A stretch of DNA of 64,000 bases. Source: Oscillospiraceae bacterium (GTDB taxonomy: Bacteria; Bacillota; Clostridia; Oscillospirales; CAG-272). The notes under the pieces are model-generated. The model was not told the DNA's origin. It saw only the letters and a program-made list of their open reading frames with translations, and did no database searches. The DNA lies in the NCBI GenBank assembly GCA_015064255.1, contig SVSP01000006.1, positions 4,007 to 68,006 of the forward strand. The letters run 5' to 3'. Position 1 is the first letter of the stretch; each line of letters opens with the position of its first letter. This document shows, in pieces, positions 1 to 10,118 of the stretch. A program made the translations under genes and the position numbers.

Positions 1-1332
1 ACAGCAAGTATCGAAGCTCTCGAAGAACTTAAATCAAAAGAATATACAAACGGATTTATTATAAAAGCTACCGAAAACAAGATAGTTATAGTAGGTATGA
101 CCGACGGGGATACTATTCTCGGAATTAAGTATTTTATAAACAATTACGTATATAACTCAGAGAAAGAAAATACCGTTACTATTAAAAACGGAGATTCTGT
201 AATAGAGAAAACAGGTAAACTTCTCTATATGACAGATAATTTTAACGCTGTCGTTCTCGAAACACTTACCGATATATATTCTCCCAATACTCAAAAATCA
301 ACTGTGCAGTGTACGTACGGTAAGATCATAAAGCTTGAGCATAACGGTGAAAATAACGGTATGCTTCTCGCAACACACGAGACCTGTAACTGGACAGACG
401 GAAGATATCCTGTTTACCGCAGTACTGACGACGGACAAACCTGGACAGAAATATCACGTATTTCGGATACGCTTAACAAAAACTCAGCTCCGGGATGGCA
501 GCCGTGTATCTTTGAGCTTCCCGCAGACGTTGGAAATTTCAAAGAAGGTACTCTTCTGTATGCAGGTTGTTCAAGAATAAACAATATGGCACAGACCGCA
601 ATGACTATTTATCAGAGCACAGACCTCGGTGAAACCTGGAAAGCATTCAGAAATGTTGATATCGTAAACGGCGGTATCGGATACGGACTTTGGGAGCCTG
701 TTCTTATGTACGAAGAAGAGACTGGAAGAGTATATTGCTTCTATTCGGATGATTCAGACCCCGAGCACGACCAAAAGCTTGTATATAAATACAGCACAGA
801 CCTCATAACCTGGAGTAAAAAATACGAGATGGTTGCATGTGAAAATCCCGCGCTCCGTCCCGGTATGGTTGCTCTTACAAAAATGGGCAACGGAAAATAT
901 GCTCTCGCTTATGAAATGTGCGGTGACGGTTGTCAGATATACATAAAATATGCCGATTCTCTCGACGGTTGGGAGCCTGCAGATCACGGAAAACTCATTC
1001 AAACTTTGTCCGGTGAGGGAATGGGCTCTGCACCTGCTATTGCGTGGACTCCCGACGGCGGTGAATGCGGAACGCTTTTTGTTACTGCACACCACGTTGT
1101 AAACGGCAGCAGCAGTACAAAATGCGACCTTTTCCTCAGCTTTGACTACGGCGAAACCTTTATTGATATAAGCAATCCTATCCCCAATAAGCCCAATGAT
1201 AATATACGCAGCGGATACAGTCCCGGATTCTTCGTTGATAAAGACGGTACAGTTTATTACGTAAATAACCCCGAATACTCACCCGGCGGACTTAATGAAA
1301 AACTTATGTTCGCAAAAATAAAGGTATATTAA
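1..1332 (+). CDS. BNR/Asp-box beta-propeller glycoside hydrolase (GH93/sialidase-like), 5'-partial
   Basis: Frame is open from base 1 (TASIEALEELK..., matching the next paralog). Asp-boxes STDDGQTW, STDLGETW, SFDYGETF; GLWEP and RPGM motifs. Confidence 0.75.
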   Translation, partial: TASIEALEELKSKEYTNGFIIKATENKIVIVGMTDGDTILGIKYFINNYVYNSEKENTVTIKNGDSVIEKTGKLLYMTDNFNAVVLETLTDIYSPNTQKSTVQCTYGKIIKLEHNGENNGMLLATHETCNWTDGRYPVYRSTDDGQTWTEISRISDTLNKNSAPGWQPCIFELPADVGNFKEGTLLYAGCSRINNMAQTAMTIYQSTDLGETWKAFRNVDIVNGGIGYGLWEPVLMYEEETGRVYCFYSDDSDPEHDQKLVYKYSTDLITWSKKYEMVACENPALRPGMVALTKMGNGKYALAYEMCGDGCQIYIKYADSLDGWEPADHGKLIQTLSGEGMGSAPAIAWTPDGGECGTLFVTAHHVVNGSSSTKCDLFLSFDYGETFIDISNPIPNKPNDNIRSGYSPGFFVDKDGTVYYVNNPEYSPGGLNEKLMFAKIKVY

Positions 1333-1364
1333 TAGCTTTTTATTACGGAAAGGATATACCATAA

Positions 1365-3032
1365 ATGAAAACTATCAGATATTTTCTCTCAATCTTACTT
1401 TTGATTGCACTTCTGACAATATCTTTGACAGCGTGTAAATCCGAGAAACCTGAAGAAGAATTGCCTTCTACAGACATAAGCGATTACACCATAGTCAGAA
1501 TTGAAGTAGCAAGTAAACAGCTTACCAACCTTACGCCTAAACTCAAAAAGATTATTCTTGAATCAACCAAGGCTGAGCTTAAAGTAACAACCGACTACGT
1601 TCCGAGAAACGAAACTCTCGACGAATCGGGAAAAGAGATACTTATAGGCGATACAAACCGCAGTGCGAGTATTGAGGCTCTTGAAGAGCTTAAAGCTAAA
1701 GGCTATGACAACGGATTTATCATAAAAGCGACTGATACCAAGATCGTTATAACAGGTCTCAGCGACGGCGATACTATTATAGGACTTAAGTATTTTGTCA
1801 ATAACTACGTAGTGAAATCTCAAAAAGAGAACACTCTGCCTATAAAAGCAGGAGATACCGTTATTCAGGAAACGGGCAAACTGCTCTATGCAACCGACAA
1901 CTTTGATCTTGTTGTTCTCGAAACACTTTCGACTATTCACGACCCCAATACAAAGAAAAGTACACAGCAATATACCTACGGTAAGATCATAAAGCTTGAA
2001 CATAACGGCGAAAATAACGGTATGCTTATCGCAACACACGAAACAGTAGGATGGACAGACCTCAGATATCCTGTATATCGCAGTACTGATGACGGTGAAA
2101 CGTGGGAAATGATATCTCGTGTTTCGGATAGCTACAACAGAGGCGCAATAGTTGGCTATCAGCCTTATCTTTTCGAGCTTCCTACCGACATAGGTGATTT
2201 CAAAAAGGGAACTCTCCTTATGTCAGCTTGCTCAAGAATCGGCGAAACAAAGACCATTATGGTCCTCTATTACAGCACAGACCTCGGCGAAACGTGGAAA
2301 GCCTTCTGCAACGTTGACGTAGGCGGCGGATACAATGACGGCGGATGGTGGAGTGACGGTCTTTGGGAGCCTATTCTTATGTACGAAGAGGAAACAGGAA
2401 GAATTTACTGCCTGTACTCAGACGAGCTTGAAAATGGAGAAGACGAAGAAACTCGCAAAAACGGACACAACCAGCGACTTGTATATAAGTACACCACAGA
2501 CCTTAAAAACTGGAGTACAAAATACGAAATGGTTGCCTGTGAAGAACCTGATCTTCGTCCGGGTATGATAGGTCTTGCCAAGATGGGGAACGGAAAATAC
2601 GCACTTGTATATGAAATGTGCGGTGACAGCTGTAGAATCTACATTAAATTCGCAGACTCGCTTGACGGTTGGGATGTTGCCGATCACGGAAAAATTCTTC
2701 AAACTGTAGCGGGTGAAGGAATGGGCTCTGCGCCGGCTATTGCATGGACTCCCGACGGCGGTGAATGCGGAACGCTCTTTGTTACAGCTCATCACACTAT
2801 AAACGGTAGCAGCAGCACAAAATGCGACCTTTTCCTCAGCTTTGACTACGGTGAAACCTTTATTGATATAAGCAATCCTATTCCCAATAAACCCAACGAT
2901 AATATCAGAAGCGGATACAGCCCCGGATTCTTCGTTGATAAGGACGGAACGGTTTATTACGTAAACGACCCGGAATCCTCACCCGGATCTATGTGTGAGA
3001 AATTTATGTTTGCAAAGATAAAGGTTTATTAA
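1365..3032 (+). CDS. Lipoprotein: N-terminal EILIGxTNR module plus BNR/GH93-like glycoside hydrolase
   Basis: Lipobox LTAC after a hydrophobic signal; Asp-boxes; GLWEP and RPGM; SD GAAAGGA. Confidence 0.78.
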   Translation: MKTIRYFLSILLLIALLTISLTACKSEKPEEELPSTDISDYTIVRIEVASKQLTNLTPKLKKIILESTKAELKVTTDYVPRNETLDESGKEILIGDTNRSASIEALEELKAKGYDNGFIIKATDTKIVITGLSDGDTIIGLKYFVNNYVVKSQKENTLPIKAGDTVIQETGKLLYATDNFDLVVLETLSTIHDPNTKKSTQQYTYGKIIKLEHNGENNGMLIATHETVGWTDLRYPVYRSTDDGETWEMISRVSDSYNRGAIVGYQPYLFELPTDIGDFKKGTLLMSACSRIGETKTIMVLYYSTDLGETWKAFCNVDVGGGYNDGGWWSDGLWEPILMYEEETGRIYCLYSDELENGEDEETRKNGHNQRLVYKYTTDLKNWSTKYEMVACEEPDLRPGMIGLAKMGNGKYALVYEMCGDSCRIYIKFADSLDGWDVADHGKILQTVAGEGMGSAPAIAWTPDGGECGTLFVTAHHTINGSSSTKCDLFLSFDYGETFIDISNPIPNKPNDNIRSGYSPGFFVDKDGTVYYVNDPESSPGSMCEKFMFAKIKVY

Positions 3033-3075
3033 TAACTATTGACAGCCGATGTATAATCATTAAGGAGAAAACGTT

Positions 3076-4236
3076 ATGAGTGAAACAATAAATAAAGTCT
3101 TATATACAAACGAAAACTCCAAAAGCTTAGTGCTTGAGAAACTTACGACAATATATGAACCGAAAGATCCAAGTACAAAAGAGCAGTGCACGTACGGAAA
3201 GATCATACGCCTCGAGCATAACGGAAAAAACAACGGAACTCTTATAGTAACAAGAGAAACGGTTTGGGCACCCGATGCCAGATATCCCATTTACCGCAGT
3301 ACAGATGACGGTGAGACTTGGGAACAAATTTCACTTGTCGGAGATAGTTATAATGAACGAGCGATTCCCGGATATCAGCCCTATCTTTACGAAATTCCCG
3401 CAGATATGGGGAATTTCAAAAAGGGCACGCTTCTTTTAGCGGCTTGTACAAGAATCCCCGAAAAGGGCGGTCAAAAGACGATAATGACTCTTTCATTCAG
3501 TACAGACATCGGAGAAACGTGGGAAGTCATCGGAAACGTTGACGTAGGCGGAAAATACAATTCAAATCTTCACGAAAGTGAAGGACTTTGGGAACCTCTC
3601 CTTATATACGACGACGAAACAGGAAGAATGTACTATTTTTATTCGGATGAGCTTGATCCTATGCACAGTCAAAGACTTGTATATAAGTACTCTACCGATC
3701 TTGTGAATTGGAGCGAAAAATTCGAGTGTGTTGCTTGCGAAGACCGTTATCTCCGTCCCGGAATGATTGCTCTTACCAAAATGGGCAACGGAAAGTATGC
3801 ACTCGTATTCGAAATGTACGGTCTTGAAGCCTGCCCCGTATATATAAAATTTGCAGATAAGCTTGACGATTGGGGAGATATATCCGATTACGGCAAATTT
3901 ATCGCAAATTCAGAGGGCAAGGGAATGGGCTCCGCCCCTGCCGCTGCGTGGACACCCGACGGCGGAGATTGCGGAACACTTCTCGTAACGGCGCATCACA
4001 CGGTAAACGGAAGATCAAACACCAAATGCGACCTTTTCCTCAGCTTTGATTACGGCGAAAGCTTCGTTTCTGTAGATAATCCTATTCCGAACAGACATAA
4101 TCCTAAAGTCCGCAGCGGATACAGTCCCGGATTCTTTATCTCCGAGGATCACAGCATTTATTACGTAAACAACCCCGAAAGGGAAAGCGGTTCGACAAAC
4201 GAAAAGCTTATGTTCGCAAAAATGAGAATTTATTGA
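3076..4236 (+). CDS. BNR/GH93-like glycoside hydrolase without signal peptide
   Basis: Same catalytic-domain motifs as the two upstream paralogs; SD AAGGAG. Confidence 0.75.
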   Translation: MSETINKVLYTNENSKSLVLEKLTTIYEPKDPSTKEQCTYGKIIRLEHNGKNNGTLIVTRETVWAPDARYPIYRSTDDGETWEQISLVGDSYNERAIPGYQPYLYEIPADMGNFKKGTLLLAACTRIPEKGGQKTIMTLSFSTDIGETWEVIGNVDVGGKYNSNLHESEGLWEPLLIYDDETGRMYYFYSDELDPMHSQRLVYKYSTDLVNWSEKFECVACEDRYLRPGMIALTKMGNGKYALVFEMYGLEACPVYIKFADKLDDWGDISDYGKFIANSEGKGMGSAPAAAWTPDGGDCGTLLVTAHHTVNGRSNTKCDLFLSFDYGESFVSVDNPIPNRHNPKVRSGYSPGFFISEDHSIYYVNNPERESGSTNEKLMFAKMRIY

Positions 4237-4241
4237 CAGAC

Positions 4242-4280
4242 AAAAAAATCTCTGATACCGTTTCCGGTATCAGAGATTTT
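4242..4280. terminator. Bidirectional intrinsic terminator
   Basis: 16-bp stem aaaatctctgataccg/cggtatcagagatttt between convergent genes. Confidence 0.85.
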
Positions 4281-4293
4281 AATTTTGTGTTTA

Positions 4294-4521
4294 TCAGTGA
4301 TGATAATCGCGCATTTTATAAGAATATTGTCTGAATTTAAGCATATACGCGTGATGCTGCTTTTCGTTTAGTTTTCCTTCGCTGAAAAGCTCTTCGGTAC
4401 GCTTTTCGAGTCTGAGTCTTGCATCGTGTGCAAGATCCTTGTAATTATTCATAAGGTACTGATCGATATCGTTTATGATATTGTCAAGCTCTCTGCATGC
4501 CTTAGATTTAAAAAAGAACAT
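4294..4521 (-). CDS. Small hypothetical protein
   Basis: 75 aa ORF with SD GAGG, directly downstream of iorB. Confidence 0.65.
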   Translation of the reverse strand: MFFFKSKACRELDNIINDIDQYLMNNYKDLAHDARLRLEKRTEELFSEGKLNEKQHHAYMLKFRQYSYKMRDYHH

Positions 4522-4538
4522 TATATATTCCTCGTGCC

Positions 4539-5120
4539 TTATGCGTTATATCCGAGTGCGAATGCTTTTTTGTTCATCTCAACAAATTTGGGAGCAACAG
4601 TATTTTCAATAGCGGCAAGCCATTTTTCGTAGGGAATATCAAAATATTTAGCAAGTCTTCCCATAAGAACGATGTTTACTGCCTTTGCCGAGCCTGCTTC
4701 ATTTGCAAGTGAAAGAGCATCAATTGCGTCGGGAACTATTCCGAGTTCTGCAAGCTCTTCGAGAGCATCGTGAGGATACTGAGCCACACCTGTGATTACG
4801 GGCATAGGATCGATTTCCTGATTGTTTACGATGATCTTTCCGTCTTTTTTAAGGCAAGATGCCCATCTTACAGCTTCGATCTTCTCAAAAGAAACGATAA
4901 AATCAGCTTCGTTTTCGCATATAATGGGAGAATATACCTTATCTCCGAACTTAACGTAGGTAATTACGCTTCCGCCGCGCTGGCTCATTCCGTGAACCTC
5001 GGAAACCTTTACGTCGTATCCTTCATCAACGAGAAGACGACCGAGAAGCTTACTTGCAAGCAGTGAACCCTGTCCGCCAACACCTGAAATTATAACATTT
5101 GTAGTTTTCATATTACTCAT
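4539..5120 (-). CDS. iorB: Indolepyruvate:ferredoxin oxidoreductase beta subunit
   Basis: GVGGQG and SEVHGMSQRGGSV motifs; adjacent to iorA. Confidence 0.92.
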   Translation of the reverse strand: MSNMKTTNVIISGVGGQGSLLASKLLGRLLVDEGYDVKVSEVHGMSQRGGSVITYVKFGDKVYSPIICENEADFIVSFEKIEAVRWASCLKKDGKIIVNNQEIDPMPVITGVAQYPHDALEELAELGIVPDAIDALSLANEAGSAKAVNIVLMGRLAKYFDIPYEKWLAAIENTVAPKFVEMNKKAFALGYNA

Positions 5121-5143
5121 ATTCCTTTCAAATAATTAAGATT

Positions 5144-6862
5144 TCAGTTGATTGCGTCAAACGCGCAAAGCTGATTACATACGCCGCATCCTACACAAAG
5201 AGTTGTGTCGATTACAGCATTACCGTTCTTCATACTGATTGCAGGGCATCCGAGACGCATACAGCTCTTGCAAGAACGGCACTTGTCGGGATCAACCTTT
5301 ACGGGAGCCTTGGGTTTTACAGTTTTAAGAAGTACGCAGGGACGTCTTGAAATAATTACCGAAGGTTCGTCAACTGCGGTTTCTTCCTTGACGGCGGTAT
5401 CGCACGCCTTAAGATCGTAAGGATCAACTACGCGAACACGATTTATTCCGATGGAACGGCAGAGTGTTTCAAGATCAATCTTGCTTGCGGGATCGCCCTT
5501 GATGTTGTATCCCGTTGTGGGGTTCTGCTGATGTCCTGTCATACCCGTGATAGAGTTGTCAAGAATTATAACGGTCGAATTAGATGCGTTGTAAGCTATG
5601 TTTATAAGTCCTGTTACACCTGAATGGATAAATGTAGAATCGCCTATTACAGCCACGCATTTTCCGTCAAATCCTGCTTTGTTGAATCCGTGAAGTCCAG
5701 AAACTGACGCACCCATACAGAGTGTAGAATCAAGAGCGTTAAGCGGAGCCTGTGCACCGAGGGTGTAGCATCCGATGTCACCGAGAACGGTTATCTTATT
5801 TTTAGCAAGAGTATAGAACATACCTCTGTGAGGACATCCTGCACACATAACCGGAGGACGAACGGGAACAGCAGGGAAGTCCTTTACATCTGAAGTGTTT
5901 TCGCAAACACCGAATGCCTTTGCAATAGTTGTCTGCGAGAATTCTCCGATAGCAGAGAAGAGAGACTTACCTTCAACGTTAAGGCCTATACACTTACAAA
6001 ATTCTTCGATAACAGGATCAAGCTCTTCGACAACGATAAGTCTGTCAACCTTAGAAGCAAAGTCAGAAACAAGCTTTTTAGAAATGGGGTTTACCATACC
6101 GAGCTTGAGAACACTGTATTTATCGCCAAATACTTCCTTAACGTACTGATAAGAAGCACCCGAAGTGATAATACCGATCGATGAGTCAGCATACTCAACC
6201 TTGTTAAGAGGAGATGTTTCTGCGTATTCTGCGATTCTTACGGTGCGCTCCTCAACGAAGGGATGACGAAGCTTCGCGTAAGCGGGCATCATTATATACT
6301 TCTGAGGTTTCTTCTCATATTTTGTAAGAGCACGGTCGATACGCTCGGAAAGTTCAGTAATACTCTGAGAGTGCGCAATTCTTGTGCACATTCTTATCAT
6401 TACGGGAGTATCGAACTGTTCGGATATTTCGAAAGCAATCTTTGCATATTCCTTTGCTTCTTCGGAATCCGCAGGCTCAAGCATAGGAACCTTTGATGCG
6501 ATAGCATATCTGCGCGAATCCTGTTCGTTCTGAGAAGAGTGCATACCGGGGTCGTCGGCAACACAAATAATGAGTCCTCCGGTAACACCTGTATAAGAAA
6601 GAGTGAAAAGCGGATCAGCCGCTACGTTAAGTCCTACGTGCTTCATAGCGCAGGCAGAACGCGCTCCAGCAAGCGATGCACCGAATGCAGCTTCAAGAGC
6701 TACCTTTTCGTTAGGCGCCCATTCGCAGTAGATCTCGTCATACTTTGCTGCAAATTCTGTTATTTCGGTGGAAGGTGTTCCGGGATAGCTCGATATAACC
6801 GAGCATCCTGCTTCCCAAAGACCTCTTGCAAGTGCTTCGTTTCCGATAAGTAATTTTTTCAT
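5144..6862 (-). CDS. iorA: Indolepyruvate:ferredoxin oxidoreductase alpha subunit
   Basis: YPGTPSTEI, MKHVGLNVAAD, CAGCPHR, GDIGCY, TPP-binding GDSTF...DN, and two C-terminal 4Fe-4S motifs. Confidence 0.94.
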   Translation of the reverse strand: MKKLLIGNEALARGLWEAGCSVISSYPGTPSTEITEFAAKYDEIYCEWAPNEKVALEAAFGASLAGARSACAMKHVGLNVAADPLFTLSYTGVTGGLIICVADDPGMHSSQNEQDSRRYAIASKVPMLEPADSEEAKEYAKIAFEISEQFDTPVMIRMCTRIAHSQSITELSERIDRALTKYEKKPQKYIMMPAYAKLRHPFVEERTVRIAEYAETSPLNKVEYADSSIGIITSGASYQYVKEVFGDKYSVLKLGMVNPISKKLVSDFASKVDRLIVVEELDPVIEEFCKCIGLNVEGKSLFSAIGEFSQTTIAKAFGVCENTSDVKDFPAVPVRPPVMCAGCPHRGMFYTLAKNKITVLGDIGCYTLGAQAPLNALDSTLCMGASVSGLHGFNKAGFDGKCVAVIGDSTFIHSGVTGLINIAYNASNSTVIILDNSITGMTGHQQNPTTGYNIKGDPASKIDLETLCRSIGINRVRVVDPYDLKACDTAVKEETAVDEPSVIISRRPCVLLKTVKPKAPVKVDPDKCRSCKSCMRLGCPAISMKNGNAVIDTTLCVGCGVCNQLCAFDAIN

Positions 6863-6985
6863 ATGTTTTGCGGAATAAAAATTCCATTCCTTTCTGCCTT
6901 TCGGCGAGTTGAGTATAATAAAATAGTTATATTAATTAAAATTTTATAAAGAAGCAATATAGTCTATAAAGTTAGTTTGTAACTA

Positions 6986-7014
6986 TTGACAAAAACAGAG
7001 CAAATTGTTATAAT
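6986..7014 (+). promoter_or_regulatory. SigA-type promoter
   Basis: TTGACA-17 nt-TATAAT upstream of the amidohydrolase. Confidence 0.75.
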
Positions 7015-7049
7015 TAGGGCAGAATTTAAATGTTTGAGAGAATATTAAC

Positions 7050-7865
7050 TTGGTAATAGATTTTCATACACACATATTTCCCGACCGCATTGCAAGTTCA
7101 ACAATAAGTATGCTTTCACAAAAGGGAAACGTTAAGCCTTACCTCGACGGAAGATCGGACAGCTTAATTGCTTCTATGAAAAACAACGGCATAGATAAGT
7201 CTGTGCTTCTTCCGGTGCTTACTGCGCCCAAGCAGTTTGACTCAGTAAACAGCTACACTATTGAAGTATCTGAAAGAAGCTGCGGTGACCTTATCCCGTT
7301 CGGTGGGATACACCCCGACTGCAACGATATTGCAGAAAAAATAAAATTTCTTGCAGACAGCGGATTTTACGGAATAAAGCTTCATCCCGATTATCAGCAG
7401 ACATATGCGGATGACGAAAGATACATAAATATTATTACGCTTGCGGTAAAAAACAATCTTGCGGTCACTCTGCACGCGGGACTTGATATCGGATATCCCG
7501 AAACTATACATTGTACACCCGAGAGAGCATACAGAATGCTCGAAAAGGTCACAGCCAACACTCAGGGTTATTCGATGAGAATAATTCTTGCGCATATGGG
7601 AGGATACTCGTTGGGCAAAGATGTTTTAAGACTGCTGTGCGGAGCTCCGGTATATTTCGACACGGGATTCACTCTGTTTGATAAAGATTTCAGCACTACG
7701 CTCGAAATAATAAACAAGCACGGTGCAGACAAAATACTTTTCGCAACAGACTCACCGTGGGCGCCTCAAAGTGAATATTTGCGGACGTTACGCGAAAGCG
7801 GTCTGCCCAAAGAGGATATCAATAATATACTGTGCGAAAACGGCAGGAAACTGCTCGGAATATAA
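7050..7865 (+). CDS. Amidohydrolase family protein (Amidohydro_2 type)
   Basis: IDFHTH, GIKLHP, AHMGG and FATDSPW motifs. Confidence 0.88.
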   Translation: MVIDFHTHIFPDRIASSTISMLSQKGNVKPYLDGRSDSLIASMKNNGIDKSVLLPVLTAPKQFDSVNSYTIEVSERSCGDLIPFGGIHPDCNDIAEKIKFLADSGFYGIKLHPDYQQTYADDERYINIITLAVKNNLAVTLHAGLDIGYPETIHCTPERAYRMLEKVTANTQGYSMRIILAHMGGYSLGKDVLRLLCGAPVYFDTGFTLFDKDFSTTLEIINKHGADKILFATDSPWAPQSEYLRTLRESGLPKEDINNILCENGRKLLGI

Positions 7866-7978
7866 ATAAAAATCAATTATCTTGTATTATAGCAGAAATA
7901 TCTTATAATTTCAATACTTTTAACGCAAAAAACTAAAATTAACAAAATCATATTACAAAATCAAGGACGGTTGACGCT

Positions 7979-8311
7979 ATGTTAAATCAACACAAAGAAC
8001 GAGACACAACACTGCTTTTCAAAACATTGGCACAGCTTAAAAATGAAGAAGAATTCCGTATGTTTTTTGAAGACCTCTGCACCTATAAAGAAATAGAGCA
8101 GATGAGCCAAAGACTTGAAAGTGCTTGCCTTCTTCTTGACGGAAAGACCTATTCGCATATAATCGAAACAACAGAAATTTCTTCGGCTACACTAAGCCGT
8201 ATTTCAAGATGTATCCAGCACGGAAGCGGCGGATACAACAAGCTTCTCGTTAATATAAGAGAGAAGGAAAGCAAAGATAATAACGAAAATAACGAATCCG
8301 AAGGCAACTAA
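7979..8311 (+). CDS. YerC/YecD family TrpR-like regulator
   Basis: FFEDLCT..E...MSQRL and HTH TEISSATLSRISRC...GSGGY. Confidence 0.85.
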   Translation: MLNQHKERDTTLLFKTLAQLKNEEEFRMFFEDLCTYKEIEQMSQRLESACLLLDGKTYSHIIETTEISSATLSRISRCIQHGSGGYNKLLVNIREKESKDNNENNESEGN

Positions 8312-8393
8312 CTTTAAAATTACCGTGTAAAAGCACGTAATTTATATATTTTGCAATATATTTAGCCGTAAAGTTACGGTATGGAGGTGTTTT

Positions 8394-10106
8394 ATGAATA
8401 TCCCTAAACAAGAATATCCACGTCCGTCTTTTGTAAGAGACCGCGGATGGATCAATCTCAACGGAGAATGGCAATTCGAAATTGACCATTCAGACACAGG
8501 AAAAGAGCGAAACTTCCAAAATCGCGAGACTCTCAGTTCAAAGATCCTTGTTCCGTACTGTCCCGAATCGACTCTTTCGGGAATCGGATATACCGATTTT
8601 ATGAAAGCCGTATGGTACAAGAGAGATTTCGACGTTCCCGCTGATTGGAATAAAGGAAAGATTCTTTTCCACATCGATGCTTGTGACTATCGTACCGAAG
8701 TATGGGTAAACGGTAAGAGCGTAGGCACACACGTAGGCGGATATACACCCTTCGCTTTCGATATTACAGACGTCGTAAAGTACGGTGAAGCTAATACCGT
8801 TGTAGTTTACGCGTTTGACGATGCACGCGATCCTCTTCAGCCTACGGGAAAGCAGGACACGGTATATCAGAACATACATTACTGCTGGTACTATACAAGA
8901 ACTACAGGTATATGGCAGACTGTATGGCTTGAATACGTTCCCGATATCTACATCGACAAGGTCAAAATGACCCCCGACGTTGATAACTCGCTTCTTAAGG
9001 TAAGAGTTACAGCAAACACCTGCGTAAATGCGTCGAAAGTAATTGCCGAAACCTTCTACGAAGGTAAGCCTATGGGCAAGACCGAGGCGGTAATTGACGG
9101 CAAATACGTAGATTTTGATATCAATATCGAAGAGCTTTATCTCTGGAATCCGAGAGATGCAAAGCTTTACGATATAGTTTTCACGCTCGGAGAAGATAAG
9201 GTAACAAGCTATTTCGCAATGCGTAAGGTTGCTATCAAGGGATACGCGATAGAAATAAACGACGTTCCGATATTCCAAAGACTTGTTCTCGATCAGGGCT
9301 ACTGCGGAGAAGGCGTTTATACGGCTCCTTCGTCAGAATATTACGAAAGAGAAATAAGATGGGCCCTTGAAGCAGGCTTCAACGGTGCGCGTATGCACGA
9401 AAAGATATTTGAGCCTTATTATCTCTACTGGGCAGACAAGCTCGGATATATGCTTTGGGGCGAATATGCTAACTATCACTGGGATTGCTCTCGTCCCGAA
9501 GCACTCTACCATATGCTTCCCGAATGGCTTGAGGCTGTTGAGCGAGATTATAACCATCCGTCTATCGTTGGCTGGTGTCCCGTAAACGAAGGAACAGACT
9601 TCAGAATAGCAAGAACGTATATATTCCTTTATGACGTAACACGTGCAATAGATCCGATGCGTCCGATAATCGATACTTCTGGTTGGATACACGCAAAGAC
9701 AGACGTTTACGATTCTCACGACTATTCAGGTATGCCCGATTTTGGAAAGCATTACGAATCGCTTAATACAGGCGAAGGACCTGCATATATCAGTATGGGA
9801 TGGGGAAGAGTACCCGCAATTCCGTATGAAGAGCAGCCTTATATGGTTTCTGAGTTCGGTGCTGCTGCAGTCAATATTATGACGCACGAGCCTACTGAAG
9901 AAGAATTCGAAAAGTTCTATAAAACATTCAAGGAACACGTTGACGTACTTCTTGACAACAAAAAGATGTGCGGATTCTGCTACTGCCAGTGGTGCGACTC
10001 TGCAATACACGAATGTAACGGATTTATAACCGAAGACAGACGCAAGAAGTATGATTTTGCCCGTACTTACGAAATAATGAACCGTAAGGCATATATTGAA
10101 AAATAA
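8394..10106 (+). CDS. Glycoside hydrolase family 2
   Basis: EYPRP, LNGEWQF, GKQ, TGIWQTVWLE, LDQGY; acid/base NE (WCPVNE); nucleophile SEFG. Confidence 0.9.
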   Translation: MNIPKQEYPRPSFVRDRGWINLNGEWQFEIDHSDTGKERNFQNRETLSSKILVPYCPESTLSGIGYTDFMKAVWYKRDFDVPADWNKGKILFHIDACDYRTEVWVNGKSVGTHVGGYTPFAFDITDVVKYGEANTVVVYAFDDARDPLQPTGKQDTVYQNIHYCWYYTRTTGIWQTVWLEYVPDIYIDKVKMTPDVDNSLLKVRVTANTCVNASKVIAETFYEGKPMGKTEAVIDGKYVDFDINIEELYLWNPRDAKLYDIVFTLGEDKVTSYFAMRKVAIKGYAIEINDVPIFQRLVLDQGYCGEGVYTAPSSEYYEREIRWALEAGFNGARMHEKIFEPYYLYWADKLGYMLWGEYANYHWDCSRPEALYHMLPEWLEAVERDYNHPSIVGWCPVNEGTDFRIARTYIFLYDVTRAIDPMRPIIDTSGWIHAKTDVYDSHDYSGMPDFGKHYESLNTGEGPAYISMGWGRVPAIPYEEQPYMVSEFGAAAVNIMTHEPTEEEFEKFYKTFKEHVDVLLDNKKMCGFCYCQWCDSAIHECNGFITEDRRKKYDFARTYEIMNRKAYIEK

Positions 10107-10118
10107 GGAGGAAGAATT

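Noticed and set aside
7914-7935. Possible YerC/HisR-type operator (TACTTT...AAA) upstream of the TrpR-like gene
   Set aside because: Only one half-site is convincing, in an AT-rich region.
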